From the human T2T-CHM13v2.0 reference genome, Homo sapiens: DNA of 64,000 nt. Numbering within the stretch: the stretch's first letter is position 1; every line of letters starts with the position of its first letter. The position numbers and the translations under genes are program-made. The stretch lies in the NCBI RefSeq assembly GCF_009914755.1, contig NC_060934.1; one strand, given 5' to 3'. Below, in pieces: positions 28,500 to 44,684 of the stretch. The notes under the pieces are model-generated. The model ran no database searches and was not told the origin of the DNA. It saw only the letters and a program-made list of their open reading frames with translations.

Positions 28500-28870
28500 T
28501 ATCTGTCAGGACTCATTTGGTTGCAAGCCATGGCAACCCAATTTGAATTAGTTTAGGCAAAGAGGGGTTTCTACTGGAAGAAATGGGAACATCTCAGGTA
28601 ATCAAGTGTACGTACAAATAATCAAGGAGTGGGAAGAGCGGAGAAGGCATTGAGCTTCTGGAACATTCAGAGCAGGACCCAGATGGACACCAGGATGCTC
28701 TCTCTGGGGTTTTACCTGCAGCTGCCATCACCAGAGAAGGTTCAACTCTCCCCTCAGTTCCTTTATGAGGGATCCCAGAGAAGGACCCAGATTGGTCCCC
28801 ACAGGTCAGGTGTTCAGGTAGCTAGGGGTGGGGTAGGATTAGGAGACTCTCTGAGACCACATAATGGCTT
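28500..28870 (-). mobile_element. Old MLT1-type LTR fragment, apparently splitting a MIR
   Basis: tcaggactcatttggttgcaag...aacccaatttgaattagtttaggcaaa resembles an old MLT1 end; MIR-like pieces on both sides. Confidence 0.5.
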
Positions 28871-29515
28871 CCAAAAGGAGAGATCACCATTCCCAGGGGA
28901 GTTTGGCCAACAATACTGGACATCTACTACAACATGTCAGTTCTTTTCTTCACAAGTCTGTGAGGTAGGAATTGTTATCATCCCCATATTACAGGCCAGT
29001 AAACTGAGACTCTGGCCACCAACTAGTTAGCCCTAGAGCCTGGATCCAAAGTGGGTCTGTCCAAAGCCCACGCCCTTGACACATGGAACATCAGCTTCCT
29101 CAAGCAAAAGAGCAGTGAGTCAGTGTGAAACACCTTTCTAGAAGACGCATGCCTGGTGCTACACTAAGCTGTGTGGGGCAGTTAGAGATGGGTCTGGCAA
29201 GGGTGACATGTAGTGGGAAAGGGATCACAGAAGAGGGTCCCTTCTCATTAGATGATCATTAGGGAGGTGACATTTGGCCTGCTCCTTGAAAAAACAGCAA
29301 ATAGACCAGTTTGGCCAAAGCTTAGACTATGGGCAGAAAAGGAACTGGCAACAGAGCCAGAATGATAAGTTTGTGGCCAGCCTTGACTGGAGACAAAATT
29401 GCCTACAGGTTAAAGGTACAGAGTTTGGGACCTCAGCCCAAAGTGTATGATCCTGGCAACTTATTTAGGCTCTCTGTATCTAGTTTCCTCATTTGTAAGA
29501 TAGGATGAAATAGCT

Positions 29516-29819
29516 GGCTGGGCGAGGTGGCTCACGCCTGCAATCCCAGCGCTTTGGGAGGCCGAGGCAGGAGGATCACGAGGTGAAGAGATCGAGACCA
29601 GCCTGGCCAACATGGCGAAAAGCCGTCGCTACTAAAAATACAAAAATTAGCTGGGTGGGGTGGCAGGCTCCTGTAGTCTCAGCTACTCGGGTGGCTGAGG
29701 CAGGAGAATAGCTTGCACCCAGGAAGCGGAGGTTGCAGTGAGCCAAAATCATACCACTGCACTCCAGCCTGGGAGACGGAGCAAGACTCCATCTCAAAAA
29801 AAAAAAAAAAAAAAAAAAA
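29516..29819 (+). mobile_element. Alu (AluSc-like) inserted in a MIR
   Basis: 16-bp TSD aagataggatgaaata at 29497 and 29818. Confidence 0.97.
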
Positions 29820-29973
29820 GATAGGATGAAATAATAAAAATGGCTACTTCTTAGGATTATGGTAAAAATGGAATTAAATCATATATGAGAATAATGCTTT
29901 GAAGAGATAACTGTTATCCCAATATTAATACACACTGGGAGCCACTGAAGATTTCCAAGTTTGGCTGTGTCAT

Positions 29974-30751
<778 letters not shown>

Positions 30752-30769
30752 AGAGCTGTGTTTGGACAG

Positions 30770-31600
30770 GTAGATTTAGTAGGGGTCATGGAGCAAGCCA
30801 CACCCTAGAGATAGGTGTCGAGGAAACCACTCAGTAGGTAAGAAATGAGAGGACCTGATTTGGGCCAGTGGCAATGAGGACAAAGATATTCCAGGACCTG
30901 ACAGTTGATTGGATGAGGAGGAAGTGAGGAAACCATAACACGTGTCAAGGACATGGGCTTTGGGGGCAAAACAAGTAGATGATTCAGAGGCTCTATAATT
31001 GGAAAGATGAAAGGAGGAAGGAATGAGGAGGAAGGTGAGGGGAGGGGAGCCTCATAGACTCTAAGCTCTCTGAGGGCAGGGACTGCATCCTTCACTTGGT
31101 ATCCTCAGTGCCTGGCACAGTGTCTGGACATAATATGTGCTGGAGAAATGTTTGCCAAAGAAATGAACGTGTTCAGTCTTGCACATGGGGAAATTGATGT
31201 ACCAGCTGAAACAGGCAGGTGGAAATTTAGGCTTGTCATTTGGGAGATAGAGTTGGGGGTTAGAAATCTCAACTGGGTATTTATTTCCAGAGAGATGATG
31301 GGTCAAGTTGGGTTTGACAGTGCTTGTGAAAGGGCAGAGAGGGGAGGGAAGAGGTTTGAGGGAAGAATGGTTAGGCAGAGTTAAATTTAGGGGTTGGGAG
31401 AAAGCAGAGGGCTGTGGAAGGCCAGATCAGGAACTTCAGAGATGGAGGAGGGGAAGCAGGGAGGTGCAATGTCATGGAAATCAAGAAAGGAGACAGTTTC
31501 AAGGAGGAGGGGTGGAGCTGCTGCCAAATGCCGCAGAGGTCGAAGAGAAGAAATACCAAGAGGAGCCTGTGGATTTGCTAATTAGGAGACCGGCAGCAGT
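30770..31600 (-). mobile_element. L2 fragments (with an oppositely oriented L2 3' piece at ~31055-31170)
   Basis: Purine-rich L2-like text: gttcagtcttgcacatggggaaattgatg..., aaggagacagtttcaaggaggag...caaatgccgcagagg. Confidence 0.65.
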
Positions 31601-32123
31601 GGCCCCACCTGGTTAGGGCAGGGGGATGTGAGGGGAGGCTACTCTGGGCAAAGAACCCAAGGACAGGAATATGTGCTTTCTGTGTGTGCACGCGCTCTCC
31701 ACTCTGTCCTCCTTCGTGGACCTGGGAAATCTGTGACAATCAAGAGTAAAAACCAAAACAAAAACACGGTGGTGGGATGGGGGTGGTATGCATGTCAGAA
31801 CTCAGAGTTTGCAAGTCAGGAAATGAATAACATGGGGGTGGAAGAGACAGCTCAGAGAAAGGGGGAGTAGTTTTTAGTGCCAGGCGAATCTTCTTTGAGG
31901 GTGGAGAGTGGAAAGCAGCAATGGCCCAGGCAGATGACAAAACAATGCCCAGCCCAGCCCAGCCCTCCGCAGACCTCCCAGGTCTGTTGCACCTGCCCTG
32001 CAGTGGGGGTGGGTGAGGGGCATGAGGCCTTCTCCTCAGTCCTTTAGTCCCCTGGAGCCCCCGTGACTGTCAGTCTGGGTTATCACTGTGTCCCCAGGGC
32101 CTGCACTAGTGCCTGGGACGTAG

Positions 32124-32503
<380 letters not shown>

Positions 32504-32509
32504 GAGATG

Positions 32510-33089
<580 letters not shown>

Positions 33090-33558
33090 GAATCTGTGAA
33101 TCTGTGTGTGTGCTAGTGGAAGGTGGAGGCTTCATGGGAGGAGAATGTAACCTGTGTCTGTCCTGTGCATTATGCATTTATTTGTGGGTGTCCACAAGGT
33201 ATATGCATCTGTAGGTCCTTGTATATGTGTGTCCGTGTGTGAATGTTGCACCTGGATTCAGCGTGTATCTGTGGGTTTGAGTACAGATGCTGTTCCACAT
33301 CCTACTCCCAGGTTTGAGCTCCCCAGTTCTCCTCTGCTTGAGGCAATGATTGTTGAGTTTGGCGCTCAAGTGTGTTCAGAGCTCAGTCCTGATCCCACCT
33401 CCCACTCAGAGGGCCTATGAGGGGGTCCCTGTGCCCCACAGTCCTGCTCATAATTCTCCTTCCTTGTTTAAAGGGGCCAGTGGGTTTAATGATTAGTTAC
33501 CGCCTTGTCGATATTCTCAGCCAGGGATAGGATGAATGGCGAGGCACTGCCCCCGCCC

Positions 33559-33559
33559 C

Positions 33560-33614
<55 letters not shown>
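33559..33614. repeat. (CA)n microsatellite, ~27-28 units
   Basis: Directly visible. Confidence 0.97.
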
Positions 33615-33617
<3 letters not shown>

Positions 33618-34949
33618 GGCAGATTAAGGATGAGGGAAGGGATCCTTCAGCAAGGGGTGTAGGGGGAGGGAAGCTCCAGAGGAGGCTCTGCAGGGACACT
33701 GAGATTCTTCAGTTGCTCCCACAAAGGTGGTGGCCCAGAGACAGAATCAGCCCCCTCCAAACACTTCTCCCACAATCCTCTCTACTCCAACTCCTCCAGG
33801 GTCTGGGAGGCAATGGGAAGACCCCCTGGGGAGGGGAGTCCCTTCTTAAGGCAGAGAGCATTCTGGTCCAAGTTCTCTGTCGTGGACTCAAAGGTGGTCT
33901 ATGTGTGTTTCTGTGTCTGTGAGTTTCCACTTTCACATGCTTTAGTGACCAGCCATCCATGTGTCTGAATGTGTAATATGGTCCACAAGTATACTTGGGT
34001 CCTTATGTCCCTCCGTGTTCACGTGGCCGTAACGCCCACAACCATGTGTACACACATACATGGACCCATGCTGGGGTATGTGTGTCTGCAGGGGTGAGTG
34101 TGCATGTGCAGGTGTTGTGTGTTGGCAGTGGGAGTGGGTCTTTGTCCTGCTATGTGTACTTCTGTGTCCTTGCACTTCACAGTTGTCACGGTAGCTCTAT
34201 TTCCTCCTCTGGGTCCTGAGCGCCCTTGCTGACATCTTGCGGAGCCTGTTGTCTCTCTGTGGGGCAGGTGGATGTCATTTCCATCCCTCTCCTTCTCTGG
34301 GCTTCAAAGGCATGGTGACTCAGACACCAAGCTGTGGATCCCCTGACCCCTACTCCCAGTCTTAGCTCACTAGGAGCCTCCCTGCTGGGCTCCTGAGTCC
34401 TCGTGGCCTTGCACTTGGGTCTCTTTGTTGCTCAGTGGGTGTGTTCACACTACCCTCAGTAGGTCCTCACTGCCTGTGCCTGGAGCCTGGTGAACTCAGT
34501 CCACACATGTTCTGCTGCCCAGCCCCTGCCGAGTCTCCTGTTCTCACTCACATCAGAAGCTGAGTGAGAACACCATATCCATTCAGTGACTTACCCAAAG
34601 ATATTTTTCTTCCGGGCAAATTCCGAAGCACCCGCATACTTCATAGCTTATGATCCCTAATCGCTGTAACCCCACAACTCAGAACCTTTCACTTTGACTC
34701 TGCAACCTGAGCTCACTGGATCCAGCCCTGGAAGAAAGGGGAAGAAAGAAGGGACTGTACCCTCAGTTGTTCCCCTTATGTTAGGACTCAGAACCTGGGG
34801 AGGAGAGACCGAGGGCCTGGAGCCACTGAGAAGGACAAGAAGGGTAGGCAGGGAGGCGCTGAGCCTGGCGGAAAAGAAATGCGAGAACTCAGGTCCATCC
34901 TCCCGCAATCCCCTGCCCCTGCCGCACACACTCACACACACACTCACCC

Positions 34950-35110
34950 TGTTGGAAGGTGACATTTGCTATTAACCTTATATTGGGCCATTTTGTAAAT
35001 CAATGTCACTTACATTTAATAACAAGTGTAATCAAAGGAATTATGCAAATTTAATTTGATGCTTCTTGAATTATGCAAATTCGCGGTGCACATAATGTTC
35101 TCTGACATGT
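34950..35110. promoter_or_regulatory. CNE-like block with tandem octamer sites
   Basis: GAATTATGCAAATT at 35038 and 35068; ATCAAAG (TCF/LEF-type) at 35031. Confidence 0.65.
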
Positions 35111-36395
35111 GCCCGTTGGAGAGAGAGAGAGAGAGCGAGGGAGAAAGTGGGGAGGGAATGGAGGAGGGAGGCTAGGACTGGGACTGAGGGAGGGGAGGAG
35201 GCTGGGGGTGGGCTGGGAGTTGGTGGAGGGAGAGGCAGGCAGGGTGGGGGAAGGCAGCAGAGCAGCTGTGGCCCCAGGTGCTCTCTGTCATGGGTGGGAA
35301 GGGGCGGACAAGGTCTGGTGCCTTCACCTTCTCTCTGTTCCTCTGTCTGCCTCCAGAGGCTTTTACCCCCTTTCCCCTCCCCGGACTCAGCATGACCTTG
35401 CTGGCCATTTGTCCTCAATGCCTCCTTCTGTGAAATGGGAGTGGCCAAAAAGAGCTGACTGCTCCTGGAAGCAAGACTCCTAATAGAACTTGGTCCTCTG
35501 AGAGGTCAGCAATCCCCAGCCCCCATGGTGGGTGACCTGTTGTGGCACTGGGCAGTAATCTGATTGTTTCGTTCTTGCTGTTCTTAATGGTCTTGAAGTC
35601 CCGGCAGAGGGAATTGCACCACCCACCACATGACAACAACAACCTGCCGACTCACTCCCAGGCATATATTGTAATATTCTAACATAGCAATAAAACACAC
35701 ATGGGGACACATGCATTTACATCTGAGATGACAGCCACACACACACCATTAAAACAGCAGAAACATACACAGTGAGACCATCAAACTTGTGCCCAATTAC
35801 TTCCAGAGACTCATATAAGACCCACAGATACAAACATTGAGGTGCCCACTCCAACACATGAATATTCAAAATGTCACCTGGACACACTTGGGCCCAAGGG
35901 ACATTGATTCTAAGCGGTATACTTATGCCAATGCATGCTGATGTTCATGGCTAAACATACACTAACACTGACATGTGGATACACAAGGTGCATTCCCTGA
36001 CGCTGACACCCTCACTGACTCCTGAAGCAAACTCAGTGGGTCCAAGAGGATTCTAGCTGGAACAGGAGCCCGTTTACTGGTCAACATCTGTGTGAGGTAT
36101 ATTGGGCGCTGCCCCCAATCTATTCTGGGGTAGGGCAAATATCATGACACCTTGAAAGGATTTCCGTAGTGTGAAGACCACCAGGTAATGAAATTTTTGG
36201 GACCAATTGATAGGGAGAGACCACCCAGGACATGACACTGTTCCCCAAACCCTGGATGTGGTCAGAGTCACTAAGGGACCTCTCAGGAAGTTACATCAAA
36301 GTTCCAGGTGTGGACCTACTGCCCAAACTCTCACCTCCTCCACAGTGCCCACCTGCCCCTAAGGCTGTCACAGACTGGCCCAGGGCCCTGTGTGA

Positions 36396-36873
<478 letters not shown>

Positions 36874-37299
36874 TGAGTTCTATCTTGGGTTTACAGATGA
36901 CACCCTATTTCTCTCTACTCCTTTTTCAGCCCTACTCTCATGCTTGGTGTCTAGTGCCTTGTTTTTACTACGACATCTTCTGTACTCTTAATTAGATTAA
37001 GTGACTAGGGGTTTGGCTGGTGTTGGGGAGTTTAGGGGTCAAGGTGTGTCTGTCAGTGAGGGTGGTGGCAGTGGCCAGTGCACTTGTGTATAAGTGTTAC
37101 TATGTATCAGTTATGAGCGTCATTATGTCTCAGAGTTTCTGCTTGTCATTTGTGTATTGTTGGATCATTTGCAAGTCCAAGGGTTAGAGTATGTTTGCAT
37201 TTGCTGTTTCAGTTTATTTTTGTGTCAATGCTGAGTCTTTTGTTTCTAGATTGTCTTCATGTGTCATAACCTGTGAATGTGTCTCACCCTCACCTGTGT

Positions 37300-38610
<1,311 letters not shown>

Positions 38611-38741
38611 GTGTGTGACAGCCTACTTCCCATCATGCAGGACTAGGAATGAGAGGGAAAGACGGGGAGCTGGAAGAGGCAGGAGGCTGGGCCATCATCA
38701 AGATGGGGTGGGATGGGGGCTGGGGGGGGTTAGGGACAGAG

Positions 38742-38980
38742 TGGGTTCTAATTGGCCCGCGGTGAATTATTCACATGTATAATCCTCGAAGAATTTCAGC
38801 GCGGGCAGTGCCAGTAAATGCTGTGCATGTTTAAAAGTCATTTCCATAAGTAAGTGCAATTTCTCTACTGTTTGCCCCTGTTTAATGAAGTGAAATCTTG
38901 TTTGCATTCCTCCCAATTTCCCAACGAAAGGCGCCCAACCGTTCGCACAAAAATTACGCCGCCCAAATTAAAACTCGGGC
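38742..38980. promoter_or_regulatory. CNE-like block
   Basis: Unique DNA with CTAATTGG, palindrome GTGAAT-T-ATTCAC, TTTAATG, retained CpGs. Confidence 0.6.
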
Positions 38981-39939
38981 TCTAAGGGAGGTGAGGGGAC
39001 CGTGGCACTGGGCCCTTCACGGAGGGCCTACTGAGGGGTGGGGGGCAGGCAGGAGCTGGGCCTGGGTTTTTCAGCTCATTACTTTTCTGTCGTTCTTGCA
39101 ATTTCAAATGCTCCCCCCACCATATTCCCCACCCCCACTTGCCCCATTATGTTCCTCTCTTTTTAAAAAGAACCCCTGGGGTACATGAACAGGGCATGAG
39201 GTATATGTTCATGTATGTGTAAATGAATCCCTATATACATTTATATTCATGTTCCTGCGTGTACTTGTGAAGTTGTGTACTCGTGATATTGTGATATATA
39301 ATCGTACTCTGTGATCATTCAAGCAATGATTCATACAGACACATTGTAATGGCAAACACAAATGGCTATTGTGGATTTGCTTAGGAGGCCCTGCCTATGC
39401 ATACATGTGGAATTGTCTACATGTCTGGCTGTATGTGTTGGGCGTGTTGTACATGTCTAAGGTGGATAGTCACATAGACGATATGGGTAAAGACAGAGAG
39501 GAGAAGGGGAGATTGCGGGTGTTTGTGTACCTTCTCAGGTTGCCTGGCGTAGAGTACTTAGCTCTATTGCAAAGACCCATTCCTTCCTGAGGGGCGCATG
39601 GCACCCCTCTTAATATACCTACAGCTGATGGCACTGGCACTGCAGGGTTGGAGGAATCATTTCCTTCTACTCCTTCCCTGAGTGTGCCCTCTGACCCTGT
39701 GAGGACCAGCCAGGTGGCTGACCAGCCAGCTGACACTCCAACGCCCTGTATGAGTTTGAACAAACGTACTCCCAAATGGGCAGGCAGGAGACCCCTTCAA
39801 GGCTCCACACCCTCAAAGTTGCACCCTCTCCTAGTGCCAAATGGCCACGATGTGAGGGTCGCTTTGGCAAGGAGCCCAGAACATAACTGCAGACTGCTCT
39901 TATTTGGATTAATTGGAAAAGTAATGAGCATTCGGTGCT

Positions 39940-41450
39940 CACCACCTTCACCACTCCTACTACCTTGACCAATCCCACCACACTGACCACGCCCATAACC
40001 TTCACCACTCCCACCACCTCGACCAATCCCGCAACCTCCACCACTCCCACCACCTCCACTATTCCCACCACCTTCACCACTCCCACCACCTCCACCACTC
40101 CCACCACCTCCACCACTCCCACCACCTTCACCATTCCCACCACCTTCCCCACTCCCACCACCTCCACCATTCCCACCACCTCCACCATTCCCACCACCTC
40201 CACCACTCCCACCACCTCCACCACTCCCACCACCTTCACCACTCCCACCACCTTCCCCACTCCCACCACCTCCACCAGTCCCACCACCTCCACCATTCCC
40301 ACCACCTCCACCATTCCCACCACCTCCACCACTCCCACCACCTCCACCACTCCCACCACCTTCACCACTCCCACCACCTTCCCCACTCCCACCACCTCCA
40401 CCAGTCCCACCACCTCCACCATTCCCACCACCTCGACCAATCCCGCAACCTGCACCACTCCCACCACCTCCACTAGTCCCACCACCTCCACCACCCCCAC
40501 CACCACCCCCACTCCCACCATCTTCCCCACTCCCGCCACCTCCACTATTCCCACCACCTTCCCCACTCCCGCCACCTCCACTATTCCCACCACCTTCCCC
40601 ACTCCCACCACCTCCACTATTCCCACCACCTTCCCCACTCCCACCACCTCCACTATTCCCACCACCTCCACCACTCCCACCACCTCCACTATTCCCACCA
40701 CCTTCCCCACTCCCACCACCTCCACCACTCCCACCACCTCCACCACTCCCACCACCTTCCCCACTCCCACCACCTCCACCATTCCCACCACCTCCACCAC
40801 TCCCACCACCTCCACCACTCCCACCACCTTGACCAATCCCGCAACCTCCACCACTCCCACCACCTCCGCTAGTCCCACCACCTCCACCACTCCCACCACC
40901 ACCTCCACGATTCCCACCACCTTCCCCACTCCCACCACCCCCACCACCTCCACGATTCCCACCACCTTCCCCACTCCCACCACCCCCACCACCTCCACGA
41001 TTCCCACCACCTTCCCCACTCCCACCACCCCCACCACCTCCACGATTCCCACCACCTTCCCCACTCCCACCACCCCCACCACCTCCACGATTCCCACCAC
41101 CTTCCCCACTCCCACCACCCCCACCACCTCCACGATTCCCACCACCTTCCCCACTCCCACCACCCCCACCACCTCCACGATTCCCACCACCTTCCCCACT
41201 CCCACCACCCCCACCACCTCCACGATTCCCACCACCTTCCCCACTCCCACCACCCCCACCACCTCCACGATTCCCACCACCTTCCCCACTCCAACCACCC
41301 CCGCCACCTCCACTATTCCCACCACCTTCCCCACTCCAACCACCCCCGCCACCTCCACCACCTCTGCCACTCCCGCCACCTCCACCAATCCCGCCACCTC
41401 TGCCACTCCCACCACCTTCACCAGTCTCACCACCTTCTACTCCCCACCTT
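39940..41450. repeat. ~1.5-kb C/A-rich VNTR: 18-bp units (ACTCCCACCACCTCCACC variants) then 45-bp units
   Basis: Directly visible; the 45-mer starts at 40901, 40946, 40991 ... 41261, with a variant at 41306. Confidence 0.98.
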
Positions 41451-43789
41451 CTTCCAGTTGACCACTCAGCTGGAAAGGACAGAACCAATAAGTCACATCG
41501 CTACAATAATGCCCTCACCCACATATCCACAGGTCTGAAGCCCACTACCCTCTTAACACGTCACTGCAGGAAACATGGGGTGGCTAGCAGAGGTTCCAGT
41601 TGTTTGCTGAAGGTCTGGAGGAGAGAATCATTCAGAGCTGAAATCCTGAGGTAAAGGAACCCAGGAGTCGAAGTGATGAAGAGTGGGAGGCCTCCTTGGA
41701 GAGGGCTTCTTCTGTCACACCTCTTTGATGTCCTCCAGGAGGTGGGACATCCAGGCACACCGGCAAAGTGTCATCCTTGTCGTGACCCCCCACTTATCCT
41801 TTTTCCTCCTGCATTCTTCTATCAGTGTAATCAGCCCAAACCACAACTGTAACTTCTTCTCCCATAGTTCAGAAACCATCTATGGTTCCCCACTCCTCAA
41901 ACAATAAAGCCTGTATTCCTTCTGCTATCAGACAGAACAAGCCCTTCACAATAGGAAGTTCCCTTCCCCCTCAACCTGCTTTTCTGTCCTTGGTTCTCAA
42001 TGATGCCTCCCCCAGCCCCTCCATATCCCTCCTGAGCCCCACCCAAGCAAATAGGAACATGAGCTGGTTCTCTCCCTCTTTTGTCCATGCTCTTTCTTCT
42101 ACCTCAGATGCCACCATTAGCCTTACCCCATCCCATTTTCTGCGGGTTGGGGTCTTAAAGCCCATCAAGCCAGATTTAATGCCATTTTCTCTAAGGCTTT
42201 CATGCTGGACCTCACCATGACTACCGGCAGCACAGTGACTCCTGGAGCATGATTTCTCTGCCTCTGCAACAGGAATTTCTTGTCCCTTCTCTTTACCTGC
42301 TGCAGACCAGACCTGCTGGGCTCCATTCTCTTTGGGCACCAGGCTTTGAGTACCCCTGAGTGAGGGGAAGGAGCAGTTCGCAAAGGCTTTGTGGACCAGC
42401 TAGTGGCGGACTGCAGAGCATGTGGAGAGTTAGGGTGGATTTGGACACATGTGCCCGGGGGGCGGGGGTTGGGGGAGGCTCCTGTTTGGAGCCCCTCTCC
42501 CTCGCCCAACCCAGCAGAATTAAACCCCAGCCCCAGTTCTCCATGGCTCCTGTCTTTATCTTCTTTCTCTGCCTGGGGCAGCAGAAACTGTCCACCTCAT
42601 TCCCTTAGCAGGAGAAGCTTGGGGTCTTCCTGCCAGCTGAGAGGTCCCCATTCACAGGGGGAGACGCTGGATGGAACTGACTGTGCCCCATGCTGTCCTG
42701 GGGGGTTCCCCATATCCATCCCGGGACCCCTGTCAGTGTTATCCAGGCTGCTGTTTTCATTCACCAGGTGCTTCCCTCTTAATAGGGGAAGTCTCTGCAG
42801 TTAATATGCTGACAGCCCCACTTCTCCTCTCCCCGGCCAGCCTTCCATATTAGCTACACTGTCCCTCCCACCAGGGATTCCCCAAGCCCTTCACCCGACC
42901 CTCCACCATATCCCTTTAGCCCCCAAGACCCTCTCCCTGGCTTCCTCCATTAACTACCCTGACCCTTTTGCACCCCCTCCATGTAGCTGCCCTTCCCCTC
43001 CCTGACTCATTGAAGTTCCACCACCAAATCTCCATTAACTATTCTTACCCCCTTTCCCTCTAATTCTCTCACTGAAGGGCCCCCTTTATTTCTCTGACCT
43101 CATCCCCCGTTCCCACAGCCATTCCCTGGTCAGACCAGGGCACCTGGCAGTCAAAATCCACAGGGAGAGGGCTTCCACTAGATTTGGCCTCATCCTCAGG
43201 CCTCACCACTTTCCCAAGCCGGGCAGGACAGCCCTGCGAGGTGACTGGGCATGCGGGTGGGGGTCGGGTGGGTTCCAGACAGGAAGGAGGCGTGGACTTC
43301 AATCTGGAAAGTCTCTGCGGGCCCTTCTCCCTCCCCCTTAGCAAGTCTGGGAACTCTGCCCCAGCCTGGTCCTCGCTCCCCCGCCCTCGCCTCTCCGCGC
43401 TTTCATCAGAATTCAATTTCCGCCCGTAAGTGACTCCGCGGGCCCCTGATCCTTCCCTTGATGAATGAGCCGCCCGGCCCGGCCCCGTCCGTCACCGTCA
43501 CCCTCGCCTCGGCCCGGGCCGCTGCCGCCCCCAGCCCTCGGCCCCTCCGCCAAACGCTGGCCCCGGCCCCCCGCGGCTCCCACCCAGACGCCTGCCGCCT
43601 CCAGCCCTCCGGGTTCCTCCCCCACGTCGCCGCAGCCCGCCCCACCCCCACACCCGCGTGGCGTTCTCTGCCCCGTCTCTGTCTCTCTGTGTGACTCTAT
43701 CTCTCCTTGTCTCTGTGTCTCTCCTTCTCTCTCTCCCCTCGCTCCCGCCCTCCCTCCTTCCTCCTCTCCCTCTCTCCCTCTAACACCTC

Positions 43790-44082
43790 TATTCATCTCT
43801 GGGAGCAACATCATTTATTTTGCACTTCCCAGATAATTTACTTTTTTTCCCTTCTACAGGAATTCTCCATTTCCCTATAAAATGAAAATTCATCTAGAAT
43901 TACATCTTATGTCATCATTATGTTTATTAAGCGTGGATGATGTATATGAACAGGACGGGCTTGCTGCTGAGTGCTTAATGGTGCATAAGATTAAGCCGAG
44001 GCTCTCAGCTGCGCAGCGACTCCCCTCCGGTTCCCATGTTGTCGAGGCATGCTGGGAGTACAAGTTCCGAGCGCACGGCCAG
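43790..44082. promoter_or_regulatory. CNE-like core 1 of the large island (also contains a candidate + strand exon)
   Basis: AT-rich unique block with TTTATT, GATTAA, TTAATGG; strong 3' splice-site match ending at 43859. Confidence 0.6.
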
Positions 44083-44684
44083 GTGAACGCGCCGCCGCCG
44101 CCGTCGCCGCGCGACTCCCCACCCCCCCTAGCCCCCTCCCGCGGGTCCCGACTGGCCCACCCCGGCGGGACTGGTGACGCCGGCGCGGCCTGCGCCTCCC
44201 GGAAACCCAGGCAGATAGCCCGGGTGGAAGCGGCCCGGCCCTGGGGTCACCATCGCCCCTCACCCCGGGGTTCGACGGCGGCCCTGGACGTCCCCGGGCC
44301 CCCGTCTTCCTCCTGGGCCTTCTCTCTAGTCCCTGGCAGCTGGGAGCGGCCCTCCCGCCCCTGCACTCCTTCCTGTCGCGCTGTGGTTCTGCCCTCTGGT
44401 TGTCGCTCCCCTAGCCCTCCCCTCTTTCTCTCTGCAGTGTTTCTTGGGGCTGTTGTCTTTCTGTCTGTCACTCTGCGTCTCGGTCTCTCTGGAGTCCTTC
44501 TGCCTCTGTCGCCCTCCCCCGCCTCGCTGTGTCTCCGTGCGGGTGCCCCTGCAGCTCCCTGGCTCGCCCGGCCTGCGTCCGTCGGTCTGTCTGCCTCTCG
44601 CGGTCTCCTCGGCTCCCCCCTCCCCCTCTCTCCCCTCTCCCCTCTCCCGGCGCTGGCGGCCACCGCACTGCAGCGCGGCACCAG

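Noticed and set aside
39935-41461. 508-aa Pro/Thr-rich ORF resembling a mucin PTS domain
   Set aside because: Starts at GTG, has no signal peptide or flanking mucin-type exons in the window; Pro/Thr content is the automatic translation of an ACC/CCC repeat.
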